Part shown: positions 8,537 through 17,574 of the stretch, piece after piece
Layout: each line of letters starts with the position of its first letter
Numbering within the stretch: position 1 is the first letter of the stretch
NCBI GenBank assembly: GCA_964512375.1
Contig: CAZEIY010000002.1
Span: 1-36,780 of the forward strand
From: an uncultured Rickettsiales bacterium
GTDB lineage: Bacteria; Myxococcota_A; UBA796; UBA9615
Direction of reading: 5' to 3'
DNA: 36,780 bases
Position numbers and translations under genes: made by a program
Notes under the pieces: model-generated
What the model was told of the DNA's origin: nothing
Seen by the model: the letters and a program-made list of their open reading frames with translations, nothing else
Database searches by the model: none

Positions 8537-10681
8537 TCAGGCCTGAGCGGTCTCGCCGCCGAGGGCCTCGCCCAGAGCAGCTCGTCGGGACAGTCGGATC
8601 TTGCCCGACTTATCGACGTCAATGCACTTCACCAGCACTTCCTCACCCTCTTGGAGGATGTCAGTCACGTTGTTGACGCGATTGTTTGCCAGCTCACTGA
8701 TGTGCACCAGCCCGTCCGTGTTAGCGAAGATCTCGACGAAAGCGCCAAAATCCACAACCTTCTTGACGATGCCCAGGTACAGCTTGCCGATCTCGGCTTC
8801 CTGCGTGAGCTCGCGAATCATGCGGATGGCCGCAGCACACGCGTCGCCGTCAGGCGAGGAGATGGTCACGACGCCGACGCCAGTGGAGTCATCCACGTTG
8901 ACATTGGCTCCAGTAGCCTCCTGGATGCCCTTAATCGTCTTGCCTCCGGGGCCGATGATGTCCCGAACTCGGCTCTGCTTGATCTCAAGGGTGTGAATCC
9001 GCGGTGCGTACGGGCTGAGCTCGTCACGGCCGGCGGAGATCACCTCATTCATATTGTCGAGAATGAGGGTACGAGCCTCGCGCGCCTGACCCAGGGCCTT
9101 GCGCATAATCTCGGAACTGACGCCCTTGATCTTAGTGTCCATCTGGAAGGCCGTCACACCAGCCTTGGTTCCGGTCACCTTGAAGTCCATGTCGCCGAGG
9201 TGATCCTCGTCGCCGGTGATGTCCGAAAGGACCGCATAGCGATCGCCTTCCTTGATGAGGCCCATGGCAATGCCGGCAACCGCATCCTTGGTGGGAACAC
9301 CAGCGTCCATCATGGCCAGAGAAGCACCGCACACCGAAGCCATCGACGAGGAGCCGTTGCTCTCGGTGATGTCGGAGACGACCCGGACCACATAAGGGTA
9401 GTTATCCGTCGGGACCACAGGGGCCACTGCACGACGCGCGAGGGCGCCGTGACCGATTTCGCGCCGTCCCGGACCCATCATGCGACGCGTCTCACCCACC
9501 GAGTAGGCGGGAAAGTTGTAGTGCAGCATGAAGCGGTTCCAGCCCTGCTCATTGATCTCATCAATGCGCTGCTCGTCCATACGGGTACCGAGCGTGCAGG
9601 TGACCAGCGCCTGGGTCTCACCACGAGTAAACAGAGCCGAACCATGGGTGCGCGGCAGCACGCCCACTTCAACACTGATGTCGCGCACCTCGTCTACAGC
9701 GCGACCGTCGAGACGGACGCCCGTGTCGAGAAGTCGATTTCGCATCAAGCTCTTGAACAGCTTGCCGTGGAGGTCACCAAGGGTGCCTCGGCGGGCAGAC
9801 TTCTCGGAGTCTGTCGCATCATCACCAAGGGCCATCTCGGAGCGAATCTCCTCCTTAACCGCCTTCAGCGCGATCCTACGCTCATGCTTACCCTCAATAC
9901 CAAAGGTAGCGGAGGTTGCATCACTGTAACTCTTGGCGATCTCCTCATAGAGGTCGCTGGTATCAGCAGACTCAGGCGCGATCATCTTCTCCTTGCCGAC
10001 AGCTGCGATGAGCTCTTCCTGCAAGGTGATCAGCGGCTGCGCTGCGTCAAACGCAAACTCGAGACCAGCGACGATATCGTCCTCACTGGCCCCTTCCATG
10101 CCGCCCTCGACCATCGTGATTGCCTCGCGGCTCGCGGCCACGATCATGTCGAAGTCACTCTTTTCGAGCTGGCTGGTTGTGGGATTTGCGACCCAGTCAC
10201 CATTAATACGACCCACCCGGATGCCGGCGATAGGACCATCAAAAGGAATGTCGGAGATGCAGGTAGCAGCCGACGCGCCGGTGAGGGCGAGGACGTCGGT
10301 AGCGTTCTGCTGGTCGTGAGAGACCACGTAGGCGAGCACCTGAATCTCGGCACGCCAGGTCTTGGGGAACAGCGGGCGAATGGGGCGGTCCATCATGCGG
10401 GCCACCAGGATGCTGTTAGGACCGGGACGACCTTCACGCTTGAAGTAGCCGCCCGGAATGCGACCGGCAGCTGCCGACATAGGTCGGTAGTCGCAGGTCA
10501 GGGGGAGGAAGTCAGTGCCGGGACGGCCTTCCTTGGCGCCAGTCGCGGCGACGAGGACGACGGATTCGCCGTAGCGAACCAGCACCGATCCGCCCGCCTG
10601 CTTGGCGATGCGTCCGGTCTCGATGGAGAGGGTCTGGCCGTTGATCTCAACGGACTTAATTGTGGTTGCCATGTGTGGCAC
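8537..10681 (-). CDS. pnp: Polyribonucleotide nucleotidyltransferase (PNPase)
   Basis: 714 aa. Two RNase PH domains (GRIAKQAGGSVLVRYGESVVL, ETQALVTCTLG), KH (IGPGGKTIKGIQEATGA) and S1 (GIVKKVVDFGAFVEI) domains. The ORF-track start is GTG 10681. An ATG at 10670-10672 (MATTIKS) is an equally plausible start. Confidence 0.97.
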   Translation of the reverse strand: MPHMATTIKSVEINGQTLSIETGRIAKQAGGSVLVRYGESVVLVAATGAKEGRPGTDFLPLTCDYRPMSAAAGRIPGGYFKREGRPGPNSILVARMMDRPIRPLFPKTWRAEIQVLAYVVSHDQQNATDVLALTGASAATCISDIPFDGPIAGIRVGRINGDWVANPTTSQLEKSDFDMIVAASREAITMVEGGMEGASEDDIVAGLEFAFDAAQPLITLQEELIAAVGKEKMIAPESADTSDLYEEIAKSYSDATSATFGIEGKHERRIALKAVKEEIRSEMALGDDATDSEKSARRGTLGDLHGKLFKSLMRNRLLDTGVRLDGRAVDEVRDISVEVGVLPRTHGSALFTRGETQALVTCTLGTRMDEQRIDEINEQGWNRFMLHYNFPAYSVGETRRMMGPGRREIGHGALARRAVAPVVPTDNYPYVVRVVSDITESNGSSSMASVCGASLAMMDAGVPTKDAVAGIAMGLIKEGDRYAVLSDITGDEDHLGDMDFKVTGTKAGVTAFQMDTKIKGVSSEIMRKALGQAREARTLILDNMNEVISAGRDELSPYAPRIHTLEIKQSRVRDIIGPGGKTIKGIQEATGANVNVDDSTGVGVVTISSPDGDACAAAIRMIRELTQEAEIGKLYLGIVKKVVDFGAFVEIFANTDGLVHISELANNRVNNVTDILQEGEEVLVKCIDVDKSGKIRLSRRAALGEALGGETAQA

Positions 10682-10870
10682 TACCTTTCAATCGCGATCA
10701 GCAGCCCCAGTACCTGGTCCCTTGACCCGGCGTTCTCCACTACGGAGTGGCGCTGCTTCAAATTGTCTTCACGAGCACTGCCGCCGATCGCGAGGTTGCA
10801 GTGGACTATCTCGGGAAGGTCGGGCCGCCCTCTTACCCAGTCGCGGGAGAGGACGCACACCGTTTGGTGA

Positions 10871-10907
10871 GGAGCCGGTCGGCTCCCGACGCGAAACCTA
10901 TCGCGTC
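10871..10907 (-). terminator. Two adjacent stem-loops just downstream of rpsO, in the rpsO-pnp intergenic leader (putative attenuator / processing structure)
   Basis: Read directly. GACGCGA-aaccta-TCGCGTC (10888-10907; 7-bp stem) and GGAGCC-ggtc-GGCTCC (10871-10886; 6-bp stem) begin 13 nt after the rpsO stop. No U-tract follows, so this is not a canonical intrinsic terminator. The E. coli rpsO-pnp leader carries comparable hairpins (established knowledge). Confidence 0.3.
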
Positions 10908-10920
10908 ATTACGAATCTAT

Positions 10921-11184
10921 TTATTTGCGAAGCCCCAACTCGCCGAGGATCGACTTGTAGCGCTGGAAGCTACCATTCTTCAGGTAGTCCAGCAGACCGC
11001 GTCGACGCGCAACCATCATCAGCAAACCGCGCCGACTGGCGTGATCCTTGTGATGAGTACGGAAGTGCTCGGTAAGGTGATTGATACGCTCGGTAAGAAG
11101 GGCGATTTGAACCTCGGGAGATCCGGTATCGCCTTCGGTTTGAGCAAACTGCTTGATCAGTTCGGTCTTACGCTCAGGGGTCAT
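10921..11184 (-). CDS. rpsO: 30S ribosomal protein S15
   Basis: [68 protein letters not shown] is an S15 signature. The internal ATG at 11182-11184 is preceded by GGAGGAG. The longer ORF-track start (11235) adds a non-S15 extension. Confidence 0.95.
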   Translation of the reverse strand: MTPERKTELIKQFAQTEGDTGSPEVQIALLTERINHLTEHFRTHHKDHASRRGLLMMVARRRGLLDYLKNGSFQRYKSILGELGLRK

Positions 11185-11383
11185 TGCATTCTCCTCCGCC
11201 GGTGCCGGCCCCGAAAATCGAGAATCGCACACCACAGATATGATTTGCGGCGAAGGGTAGGAGCGGATCGTAAGAAAGTCAATGTCTGATCCGCTTACTG
11301 CGATGCAAACGCGGCACTGCTTCCCCTTGCGCGAGGTCTGCGAACCCTCTGCCGTCGAGAAAAACGACTGTTCTTACAGGCAC

Positions 11384-12460
11384 TTACCGGAGAATTCGAT
11401 CTACCTCGAACACAATGGACGAGGAATCCCGTCGTACCAGGGAAGCGCTGGTGCAGGCAGCTCGCACCACGGCGAGCACACTGGCCCCCTTCTGATCTTC
11501 GACCACCATGGAGTCCCCTTCCATGAAGGCTTCAGGAACACTGGCGCCCAGGGTGCCCAGGTCACCCTTCCGTACGTGCTGGCCGCTACGAATGCGTTCA
11601 GCAAGTGGGGCCGAGACCCGAATGGTCGGCACTCCACCAAGGAGATCAGCCACCGGAATGAGCGAGGAAGCAAGAAAGTTCCGCCAGACCGCCGCGTTCG
11701 TCTCGGCCACAAACGGAATAAGATCTCCCTCGGACTGCTTCTCCTGACGTTCCTCACGCCACTGCTCACTCTGCTCGCAGATGGCATCGACGGTAATGGA
11801 ATCTGCAACCAAAAGACGACCGATACGCGTACGGCGTAACGAGCGGAGGTGGCCGCCCACGCCCAGAGCCTGCCCCAGATCGTCCGCCAATGCCCGCACA
11901 TAGGTGCCAGCAGTGCACTCAACTCGAATGGAGACATCCACGAAAGTACCCTCTCGCTTGATCTCAAGTACTTCGATGGCGTTTATCACCACGAGCTTGG
12001 TAGGCAGCTCGACCTCTTCCCCAGCTCGAGCGTACTCGTAGAGGCGCTTGCCATCGACACGGGCCGCTGCATAGCGAGGCACAGTCTGCTCGTACTCACC
12101 GAGAAATTCCTGCACAGCAGCCACCACGATCTCATCTTTCAGCCCAGAGGCATCCTCTTCGGCGGTGAACTCACCAGTAGGATCCATCGTGTCCGTGCGC
12201 TGACCAAGCCGAACCTCAGCCTCATAGCCCTTGTCTTGATTCTGCAACTGCGGCATCAACCGAGTGGTGCCATTGAGCAGCAGGGGCAAGAGACCAGTGG
12301 CGAAGGGATCGAGAGTGCCTCCATGCCCCACCTTGCCGAGTCGTAACCTCGAGCGAATCCGCTGACACACATCATGCGAGGTCAGGCCCGCGGGCTTGTC
12401 GACCAGAAGCACTCCCTGCAGGAGCTTGTCCACCTTGCCCGTTCGCCTACGACGTCCCAT
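11384..12460 (-). CDS. truB: tRNA pseudouridine(55) synthase TruB with C-terminal PUA-like extension
   Basis: GVLLVDKPAGLTSHDVCQRIRSRLRLGKVGHGGTLDPFATGLLPLLLNGTTRL (catalytic Asp motif GTLDP). Start chosen at ATG 12458-12460 (MGRRRRTGK), overlapping the rbfA stop by 14 nt. The ORF-track maximum is 12538. Confidence 0.92.
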   Translation of the reverse strand: MGRRRRTGKVDKLLQGVLLVDKPAGLTSHDVCQRIRSRLRLGKVGHGGTLDPFATGLLPLLLNGTTRLMPQLQNQDKGYEAEVRLGQRTDTMDPTGEFTAEEDASGLKDEIVVAAVQEFLGEYEQTVPRYAAARVDGKRLYEYARAGEEVELPTKLVVINAIEVLEIKREGTFVDVSIRVECTAGTYVRALADDLGQALGVGGHLRSLRRTRIGRLLVADSITVDAICEQSEQWREERQEKQSEGDLIPFVAETNAAVWRNFLASSLIPVADLLGGVPTIRVSAPLAERIRSGQHVRKGDLGTLGASVPEAFMEGDSMVVEDQKGASVLAVVRAACTSASLVRRDSSSIVFEVDRILR

Positions 12461-12875
12461 CAGAATCCTCGCTGCCAGGTTCGTTGGTGGCGGACCCCGC
12501 CTTGGCCGTACCCGCAGGCACCTCCCCAACCAGTCCACTCATCAGATCGTGAATCCCAACCAGATTGTCGACACCGACGTCGTAGCGGAACTGCAGACGA
12601 GGCGTAAATCGGAGGCGAAGATTACGGCCCAGCTTGCGCTGAAGAAAGGAGGATGCACCTCGGAGCCCCTGCTGCAGCTCGCCGATGCGATCGCTCTCGC
12701 CGATTGCACCCAGAGGCACAAAGAACACCTTTGCCTCGCGAAGGTCCGCGCTGAGTTCAACCCGAGTAAAGGTCACCTGCTGTACACGCGGGTCCTTCAG
12801 CTCACGCTGAGCCAGGCGCGACAGTTCCGCCTGGATCTCCCGCGCTACCCGATCCGCTCTTCTTACGGTTGCCAT
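12447..12875 (-). CDS. rbfA: Ribosome-binding factor A
   Basis: RADRVAREIQAELSRLAQRELKDPRVQQVTFTRVELSADLREAKVFF is the RbfA signature. It lies directly upstream of truB, the conserved order. Confidence 0.92.
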   Translation of the reverse strand: MATVRRADRVAREIQAELSRLAQRELKDPRVQQVTFTRVELSADLREAKVFFVPLGAIGESDRIGELQQGLRGASSFLQRKLGRNLRLRFTPRLQFRYDVGVDNLVGIHDLMSGLVGEVPAGTAKAGSATNEPGSEDSDGTS

Positions 12876-13037
12876 GGAGCGCCTTGTACCCGGTGCGGGG
12901 GCCCGCGTCGAGACTGATTGTTACGAGGATCGGCAGGCAACTGTCTCGATGATGAGGTGAATGGTGACCTCAACGACAGAATCAACGTCCGCCAGGATGG
13001 ACCATCCAACAACGGAAGAAGGGCAGCGTGGCTCCCC

Positions 13038-13637
13038 TCAGAACAGTTCCTTGGGCAGGAATGCATACACATCAATTGCCCGATAGAGGCGCTCATCCTC
13101 GTTACTCCGCTCCAGGCGGATACGACGCATGCTCCAACTAAAGTTCCAACGCAGCTCCGAGGTTGACTCGATGGGTGGTCCCAGATCCAAAGGAAAGCCT
13201 GAGGTGCCAAGGGCGGTGGGAATGTCCATGAGATGGGCGAGCTTCTTGCGGATTCGGTAGATGCGACCGTCATAGAGCCAAACCTGCGCCCTCTCGAAGA
13301 GAATCTCCACCTCGTTCTCGGGGAGGTCCTTGCGGCTAACCAACACCCCAAACTGCTCGAGAGTCTGCTCCTCAGTAAGACTGTCGAACCGACGATCGGC
13401 CAGGAAGGGGAGGTCAATGTGCAGACCGGGCCGCTTCACGTAGCCATGCACGGGATCACGAGCCGGGGGCACAGCGACGGTGGGATCAACCCCAGCTGGC
13501 GGGCGGGCGGCCGCCTTCTCCTGTTCTTCTGCCTGCTCGATGAGGCTGGGCGCCCCGTCGCCCGATCCGGGACAGGCAACAAGGAACACGGCGGCAACGA
13601 AGAGAAGTGGGTAGAAAGTTCTCATATCGACGTTCAT
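13038..13637 (-). CDS. Hypothetical lipoprotein
   Basis: Internal ATG at 13635-13637 gives MNVDMRTFYPLLFVAAVFLVAC|PGSGDG, a signal peptide with lipobox LVAC. The remainder has no family I recognise. The ORF-track start (13799) would overlap the moaDE start. Confidence 0.6.
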   Translation of the reverse strand: MNVDMRTFYPLLFVAAVFLVACPGSGDGAPSLIEQAEEQEKAAARPPAGVDPTVAVPPARDPVHGYVKRPGLHIDLPFLADRRFDSLTEEQTLEQFGVLVSRKDLPENEVEILFERAQVWLYDGRIYRIRKKLAHLMDIPTALGTSGFPLDLGPPIESTSELRWNFSWSMRRIRLERSNEDERLYRAIDVYAFLPKELF

Positions 13638-13657
13638 GGTTCCGCCTTCGGGCCGCG

Positions 13658-13686
13658 TTGACAAGCCATCGTAGCAACCCAATACT
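13658..13686 (+). promoter_or_regulatory. Putative sigma-70-type promoter for moaD-moaE/trmB
   Basis: Read directly. TTGACA (13658-13663), an exact 17-nt spacer, then AATACT (13681-13686; 4/6 match to TATAAT). It lies about 64 nt upstream of the moaDE ATG at 13750, in the divergent intergenic region. Confidence 0.4.
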
Positions 13687-13749
13687 CCGAAGCTCGCCGC
13701 GAGGCCTCCCGACATCCCCCGCGCGGCACCAGTGGAAGCGCAAGAACTC

Positions 13750-14406
13750 ATGTCAGTGTCCCTTCGTCTCTTCGCCATACTCCGCGAGATGCGTGGCACC
13801 TCCCAACTCGACGTAGAGCTGCTCGAAGGAGAGAGCGTTGCGCAACTATTCGACCGCCTGTTCGCGAGCGATGAGCCAGGTTACCCACGCGAGTCCGTGA
13901 TGTTCGCGGTCAATCAGGACTACGTGAGTGGAGGACACATCCCCGAAGATGGCGATGAAATAGCCTTCATCCCGCCTCTTGCTGGTGGTGCAGCTGACCC
14001 GCGGGTAGACCTATCCGATAAGCCCATCAGCCTCGACGACCTTGTATCTGAGGTCAGTGGTCCAGACCGCGGTGGACTCGTCACGTTCACGGGCACCGTA
14101 CGCAATCACTTTGAAGGGAGGCCAGTCCTCCATCTGGAGTACGAGGCCTACGAGGAGATGGCCCTGCGGGAGATGAGTCGCCTGTGCGATGAGATCGAGG
14201 TGACCTGGCCAGGAGTTGCCGTCGCCATGGCCCATCGTATTGGCAGACTCCAGATCGGTGAAGCAGCAGTCCACATCGCGATCGCAGGTGGACACCGCGC
14301 TGAGTCTTTCGCCGCATGCAGGCACGCCATCGACCGTCTCAAGGAGCGAGTCCCCATCTTCAAGAAGGAAGTCTATGAAGACGACAGCACCTGGAAGTCC
14401 AACTGA
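13750..14406 (+). CDS. Fused molybdopterin synthase: MoaD (sulfur carrier) - MoaE (catalytic subunit)
   Basis: Residues 1-80 (MSVSLRLFAILREMRG...GDEIAFIPPLAGG) form a ThiS/MoaD fold ending in the Gly-Gly (nt 13984-13989). The frame continues without a stop into MoaE (GLVTFTGTVRNHFEGRPVLHLEYEAYEEMA...HRIGRLQIGEAAVHIAIAGGHRAESFAACRHAIDRLKERVPIFKKE). Confidence 0.88.
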   Translation: MSVSLRLFAILREMRGTSQLDVELLEGESVAQLFDRLFASDEPGYPRESVMFAVNQDYVSGGHIPEDGDEIAFIPPLAGGAADPRVDLSDKPISLDDLVSEVSGPDRGGLVTFTGTVRNHFEGRPVLHLEYEAYEEMALREMSRLCDEIEVTWPGVAVAMAHRIGRLQIGEAAVHIAIAGGHRAESFAACRHAIDRLKERVPIFKKEVYEDDSTWKSN

Positions 14407-15172
14407 AGAGGGCGCCTCTGAGGAGGCGCCGGAGCGTTTCAACTTCCGTTCTTCGAAGGGTCGCGCTGACCTCAATCCGTACGTGGAGCGTATCGCAGAG
14501 CACGGAGAGATGGTGCTCACCGCCGAGCAAGCCGAAGAACAGCGTGGTCGCTGGCGCGCGGTCGTCGGTGGGGACAAAGACGCTCCCCTGCTCCTTGAGA
14601 TCGGGCCAGGCAATGGTTTCTTCTTTGCGGACCTCATCAGCCGCTTCCCCGAGGCCGCCGTATTGGCCGTCGAGATCCGCTTCAAGCGGGTGTGGATGAC
14701 CGCGGACAAGGCACGCCGAAGCCAACAGGACAACTTCCGAGTCATCCATCACCACTCGGGCTACCTCGACCTGCTGTTCGCGCCAGGCGAGCTCAATGCC
14801 GTCTATGTGAATCATCCTGATCCGTGGCCCAAGGAGCGACACCATAAACACCGCCTCCTGCAGCCGTCCTTTGCGGACAGTCTGGAGAGCTACCTGCGAC
14901 CCGGCGGTGAGATCTGGGTCAAGAGTGACTTCAGCCCCTACGGGGCCCTCACACGAGAGGTCTTTTCCGGCGACAACTGGGAGGAACTCGCGTACACCGC
15001 AGACCTCCATGGAGAAGGGCAACAGTTACTCAATGAGGCTCCATCAGGAGCACGGTTCTGGTGCGCAGACAGCGAGACGAACTACGAGCGCAAGTCACGC
15101 CGCAAGGGCGAAACAATCATGCTTGCTGGCTATCGTCTGGCGTCCCACGACGAAGATCATCCATCGCCCTGA
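14375..15172 (+). CDS. trmB: tRNA (guanine46-N7)-methyltransferase
   Basis: LLLEIGPGNGFFFADLISRFPEAAVLAVEIRFKRV (SAM-binding) and VNHPDPWPKERHHKHRLLQPSF (TrmB signature). Start taken at ATG 14375, overlapping the moaDE 3' end by 32 nt. The ORF-track maximum is 14216. Confidence 0.88.
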   Translation: MKTTAPGSPTEEGASEEAPERFNFRSSKGRADLNPYVERIAEHGEMVLTAEQAEEQRGRWRAVVGGDKDAPLLLEIGPGNGFFFADLISRFPEAAVLAVEIRFKRVWMTADKARRSQQDNFRVIHHHSGYLDLLFAPGELNAVYVNHPDPWPKERHHKHRLLQPSFADSLESYLRPGGEIWVKSDFSPYGALTREVFSGDNWEELAYTADLHGEGQQLLNEAPSGARFWCADSETNYERKSRRKGETIMLAGYRLASHDEDHPSP

Positions 15173-16268
15173 ACACGCGCTGGGCGCTGATTCGATCCAC
15201 AAGCAGAAAGAAGAAGCCCAGCGTCGAGAGCATCGCGAATTGGCTTCCGTGCACCAACACCGAAAAAGCCCGAGCCTCATCGTGGAGTTGAGGGCCGCCG
15301 TCATGGACAACCAGGAGAACGCCGACGAATACGGCCAACTCGAAGACTCCCGCAAACAGTGGTGGAGCGGGAACAATCAAGAACACGCAGATCGAAGAAA
15401 GAATGGCACCACCCTCCCAGAAGCCGAGGGCAGCTCCAAAAGGCAGGCTCTTCGCCATGACCAGGATCGAGAGCACGTTCACCGCCCAGGTCACAAGCGT
15501 CCACGCCAGGACTGGAATGGCACGGCCGGGAGTGCCCAGAGCCTGAAGAGAGGCCAGGAAAGCCTCGAGCAGTCTACCGACGAGCCCCTCGACCCGCGAA
15601 CCGAGCCGAGACGCGACCCGCCGGGCGAGGACCACAGCTGGGTCACCCACCAACAACAAGGCCAACAGACCAAGGGAGGCCGGAATGCCCACACCCAGGA
15701 TGGCTCGACGCCCAACGGTAACGATGTCCACGGACTGTCCCGCGACCACCAGCGGCTCTTCGGGAAGGTCAGCAAACGCCACCGCACCCAGAAAGATCAC
15801 GCCGAGCGCCGCGATGTCGAGGACTCGCTCGACGACCACCGTGGCAACTCCAGAGCCGAAGGGCACCTCCTCGCGCTCGAAGAGCAGGTAGGGCCGGACC
15901 AACTCGCCCAGACGAAAGGGCAATACGTTGATCAGAAAGAAGCCGACGGAACAAATCGAGAAGTACGAACGAAAGCCCACCTGCGGGTCCGTCGCCTGAA
16001 CCAGTAGTCCCCAACGAATAGATCGACCGACGTGAACAGCGAAGAAGCAGAGCAGCCCAAGGGCAAAGACCGAGATGTCGACGTGCGACAGCGCCGCGAT
16101 GAAAGCGTCCGCGTCAATTCCCTTGAAGGTCAGGTAGAACGCACCGGCGCCAATAAGCACCATCACGAGCAGCTGGAGAGATCTCACTGGTTGAGCCGAG
16201 ACGCGTTCAGAGCTTGTGAATCCGCGCCTTGGGGTCGCTGACCCCAGCGAGCGCATTACGGGTATCAA
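15117..16268 (-). CDS. UPF0104 / lysylphosphatidylglycerol-synthase-TM-region-like integral membrane protein (flippase-like domain)
   Basis: Multi-TM protein. FYLTFKGIDADAFIAALSHVDISVFALGLLCFFAVHVGRSIRWGLLV matches the family's N-terminal motif. The start is uncertain: GTG 16187 or ATG 16163 would remove the overlap with the upstream gene. Confidence 0.7.
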   Translation of the reverse strand: MIPVMRSLGSATPRRGFTSSERVSAQPVRSLQLLVMVLIGAGAFYLTFKGIDADAFIAALSHVDISVFALGLLCFFAVHVGRSIRWGLLVQATDPQVGFRSYFSICSVGFFLINVLPFRLGELVRPYLLFEREEVPFGSGVATVVVERVLDIAALGVIFLGAVAFADLPEEPLVVAGQSVDIVTVGRRAILGVGIPASLGLLALLLVGDPAVVLARRVASRLGSRVEGLVGRLLEAFLASLQALGTPGRAIPVLAWTLVTWAVNVLSILVMAKSLPFGAALGFWEGGAILSSICVFLIVPAPPLFAGVFELAVFVGVLLVVHDGGPQLHDEARAFSVLVHGSQFAMLSTLGFFFLLVDRISAQRVFRAMDDLRRGTPDDSQQA

Positions 16269-17574
16269 CTACAGCCTTGCTCGTGGCAGCCACCCAACCC
16301 CAGTCAATGCTGCTGTGCTTCGCCGTGATCACCACGCAGTCCGCCTCGCTCAACAGTTCGTCGTCAAGGTCCGTGGACTCCATAGTGCCGCCTCCAGGCA
16401 TGCGAATCGAGGGCACATAGGGATCGTGATACTTCAGGTCTGCGCCCCGCTCAAGGAGCAGGTTGACCACATCCAGAGCCGGGCTCTCTCGCACATCAGC
16501 AACGTTCGCCTTGTAGGCGACGCCAAGCACAAGCACCTTGCTTCCGTTGACGGCCTTGCGCTCCTCATTGAGGCAATCCGATACCAACTCAACCACATAG
16601 GCGGGCATCGACGTGTTCACCTCAGCAGCGAGCTCAATGAAGCGGGCAGTGTAGTTCAGCGTCTTGAGAATCCAGCTCAGGTAGATCGGATCAACCGGGA
16701 TGCAGTGACCACCGAGCCCCGGGCCCGGATAGAACTTCATGAATCCGAAGGGCTTGGTGGCAGCCGCATCGATGACTTCCCAGGCATCAAGCTTCAGCTT
16801 GCGGCACATCAGCGCCACCTCGTTGACCAGGCCGATATTCACAGCACGGAAGGTGTTTTCCAAGAGCTTCGCCATCTCAGCCGCCTGGGTCGAGGACATG
16901 GGCACGACGGTCTCAAGAAATGAGCCGTACATGGCCACCCCTGCCTCGCAGCATGTGGGCGTGATGCCACCGACCAGGCGCGGAGTGTTGCGACTGTCAA
17001 AGTGAGGGTTCCCCGGATCGACTCGCTCAGGGGAGAAACACAGGAAATAGTCACGACCTACCTGCAGCCCACTGGCTTCGAACATTGGCAGGACCAACTC
17101 GCGAGTAGTCCCCGGATACGTAGTGGACTCCAAGACGATGAGCTGGCCCGGACGTAGACGAGAGACCACCTCCTTGGCTGCCGCCACGATATACGAGATG
17201 TCAGGGTCACGCGTCTTGCCGAGAGGGGTAGGCACGCAAATGGAGATGACGTCCATGTCACCCATGCCCTCGAAGCTCTCACTGGCGCGAAAGCGATCTG
17301 CCGCCAGCTGCACCTTGACCTCTTCGTCGCTGATGTCGTCGATGTATGACTCGCCGGCGTTCAAGCGCCGGACCTTCTCGCTGTCGACGTCGAAGCCAGT
17401 CACGTCGAAGCCAGTCTCGGCAACCACCATCGCCAGCGGCAGACCCACATAGCCCTGGCCGATAATGCCGACGCGTGCGCTTCGAGCCTCGATCTTGTCG
17501 AGAAGAGCGCTCAGATGGGTCGATGGCGTCGCTTCCATCGCTTCAACATTGTCTTGAGTATGGGGGCTGGTCAT
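16207..17574 (-). CDS. Nucleotide-sugar dehydrogenase (UDP-GlcNAc/ManNAc 6-dehydrogenase-like; UDP-glucose/GDP-mannose dehydrogenase family)
   Basis: Rossmann VGIIGQGYVGLPLAMVVAETGFDVTGFDVD, catalytic Cys motif GLGGHCIPVDP, and a C-terminal UDP-binding domain. Its ATG overlaps the upstream stop as ATGA (17571-17574). An internal ATG at 17538 is also possible. Confidence 0.88.
   Translation of the reverse strand: MTSPHTQDNVEAMEATPSTHLSALLDKIEARSARVGIIGQGYVGLPLAMVVAETGFDVTGFDVDSEKVRRLNAGESYIDDISDEEVKVQLAADRFRASESFEGMGDMDVISICVPTPLGKTRDPDISYIVAAAKEVVSRLRPGQLIVLESTTYPGTTRELVLPMFEASGLQVGRDYFLCFSPERVDPGNPHFDSRNTPRLVGGITPTCCEAGVAMYGSFLETVVPMSSTQAAEMAKLLENTFRAVNIGLVNEVALMCRKLKLDAWEVIDAAATKPFGFMKFYPGPGLGGHCIPVDPIYLSWILKTLNYTARFIELAAEVNTSMPAYVVELVSDCLNEERKAVNGSKVLVLGVAYKANVADVRESPALDVVNLLLERGADLKYHDPYVPSIRMPGGGTMESTDLDDELLSEADCVVITAKHSSIDWGWVAATSKAVVDTRNALAGVSDPKARIHKL

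Noticed and set aside
7766-10870. 1034-aa ORF on the + strand, the longest ORF in the track
   Set aside because: It is entirely antisense to ffh, dut and pnp, whose products carry unmistakable family motifs. Its translation is low-complexity and rich in Arg, Ala, Gly, His and Asp, with no recognisable domain. Long stop-free antisense frames are expected in high-GC DNA.
11271-11304. 8-bp inverted repeat AGCGGATC...GATCCGCT with an 18-nt loop in the truB-rpsO spacer
   Set aside because: It could be a weak terminator or operator. However, the loop is long, there is no U-tract, and I cannot tie it to any known element. Recorded only for completeness.
13638-13749. Possible Moco riboswitch upstream of moaD-moaE (GAGGCCUCCCGA-like stretch)
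   Set aside because: Only about 55 nt lies between the putative promoter and the ATG, too short for the roughly 130-nt Moco motif. I cannot reconstruct its conserved helices from the sequence. A covariance-model scan would be needed.
14871-16007. 378-aa + strand ORF, plus minus-strand ORFs 14011..14745 and 14360..15022
   Set aside because: They are antisense shadows of the UPF0104 membrane protein gene and of moaDE/trmB respectively. The His/Arg/Gln/Glu-rich or Arg/Ser-rich products look non-protein-like, and the partner frames have family motifs.
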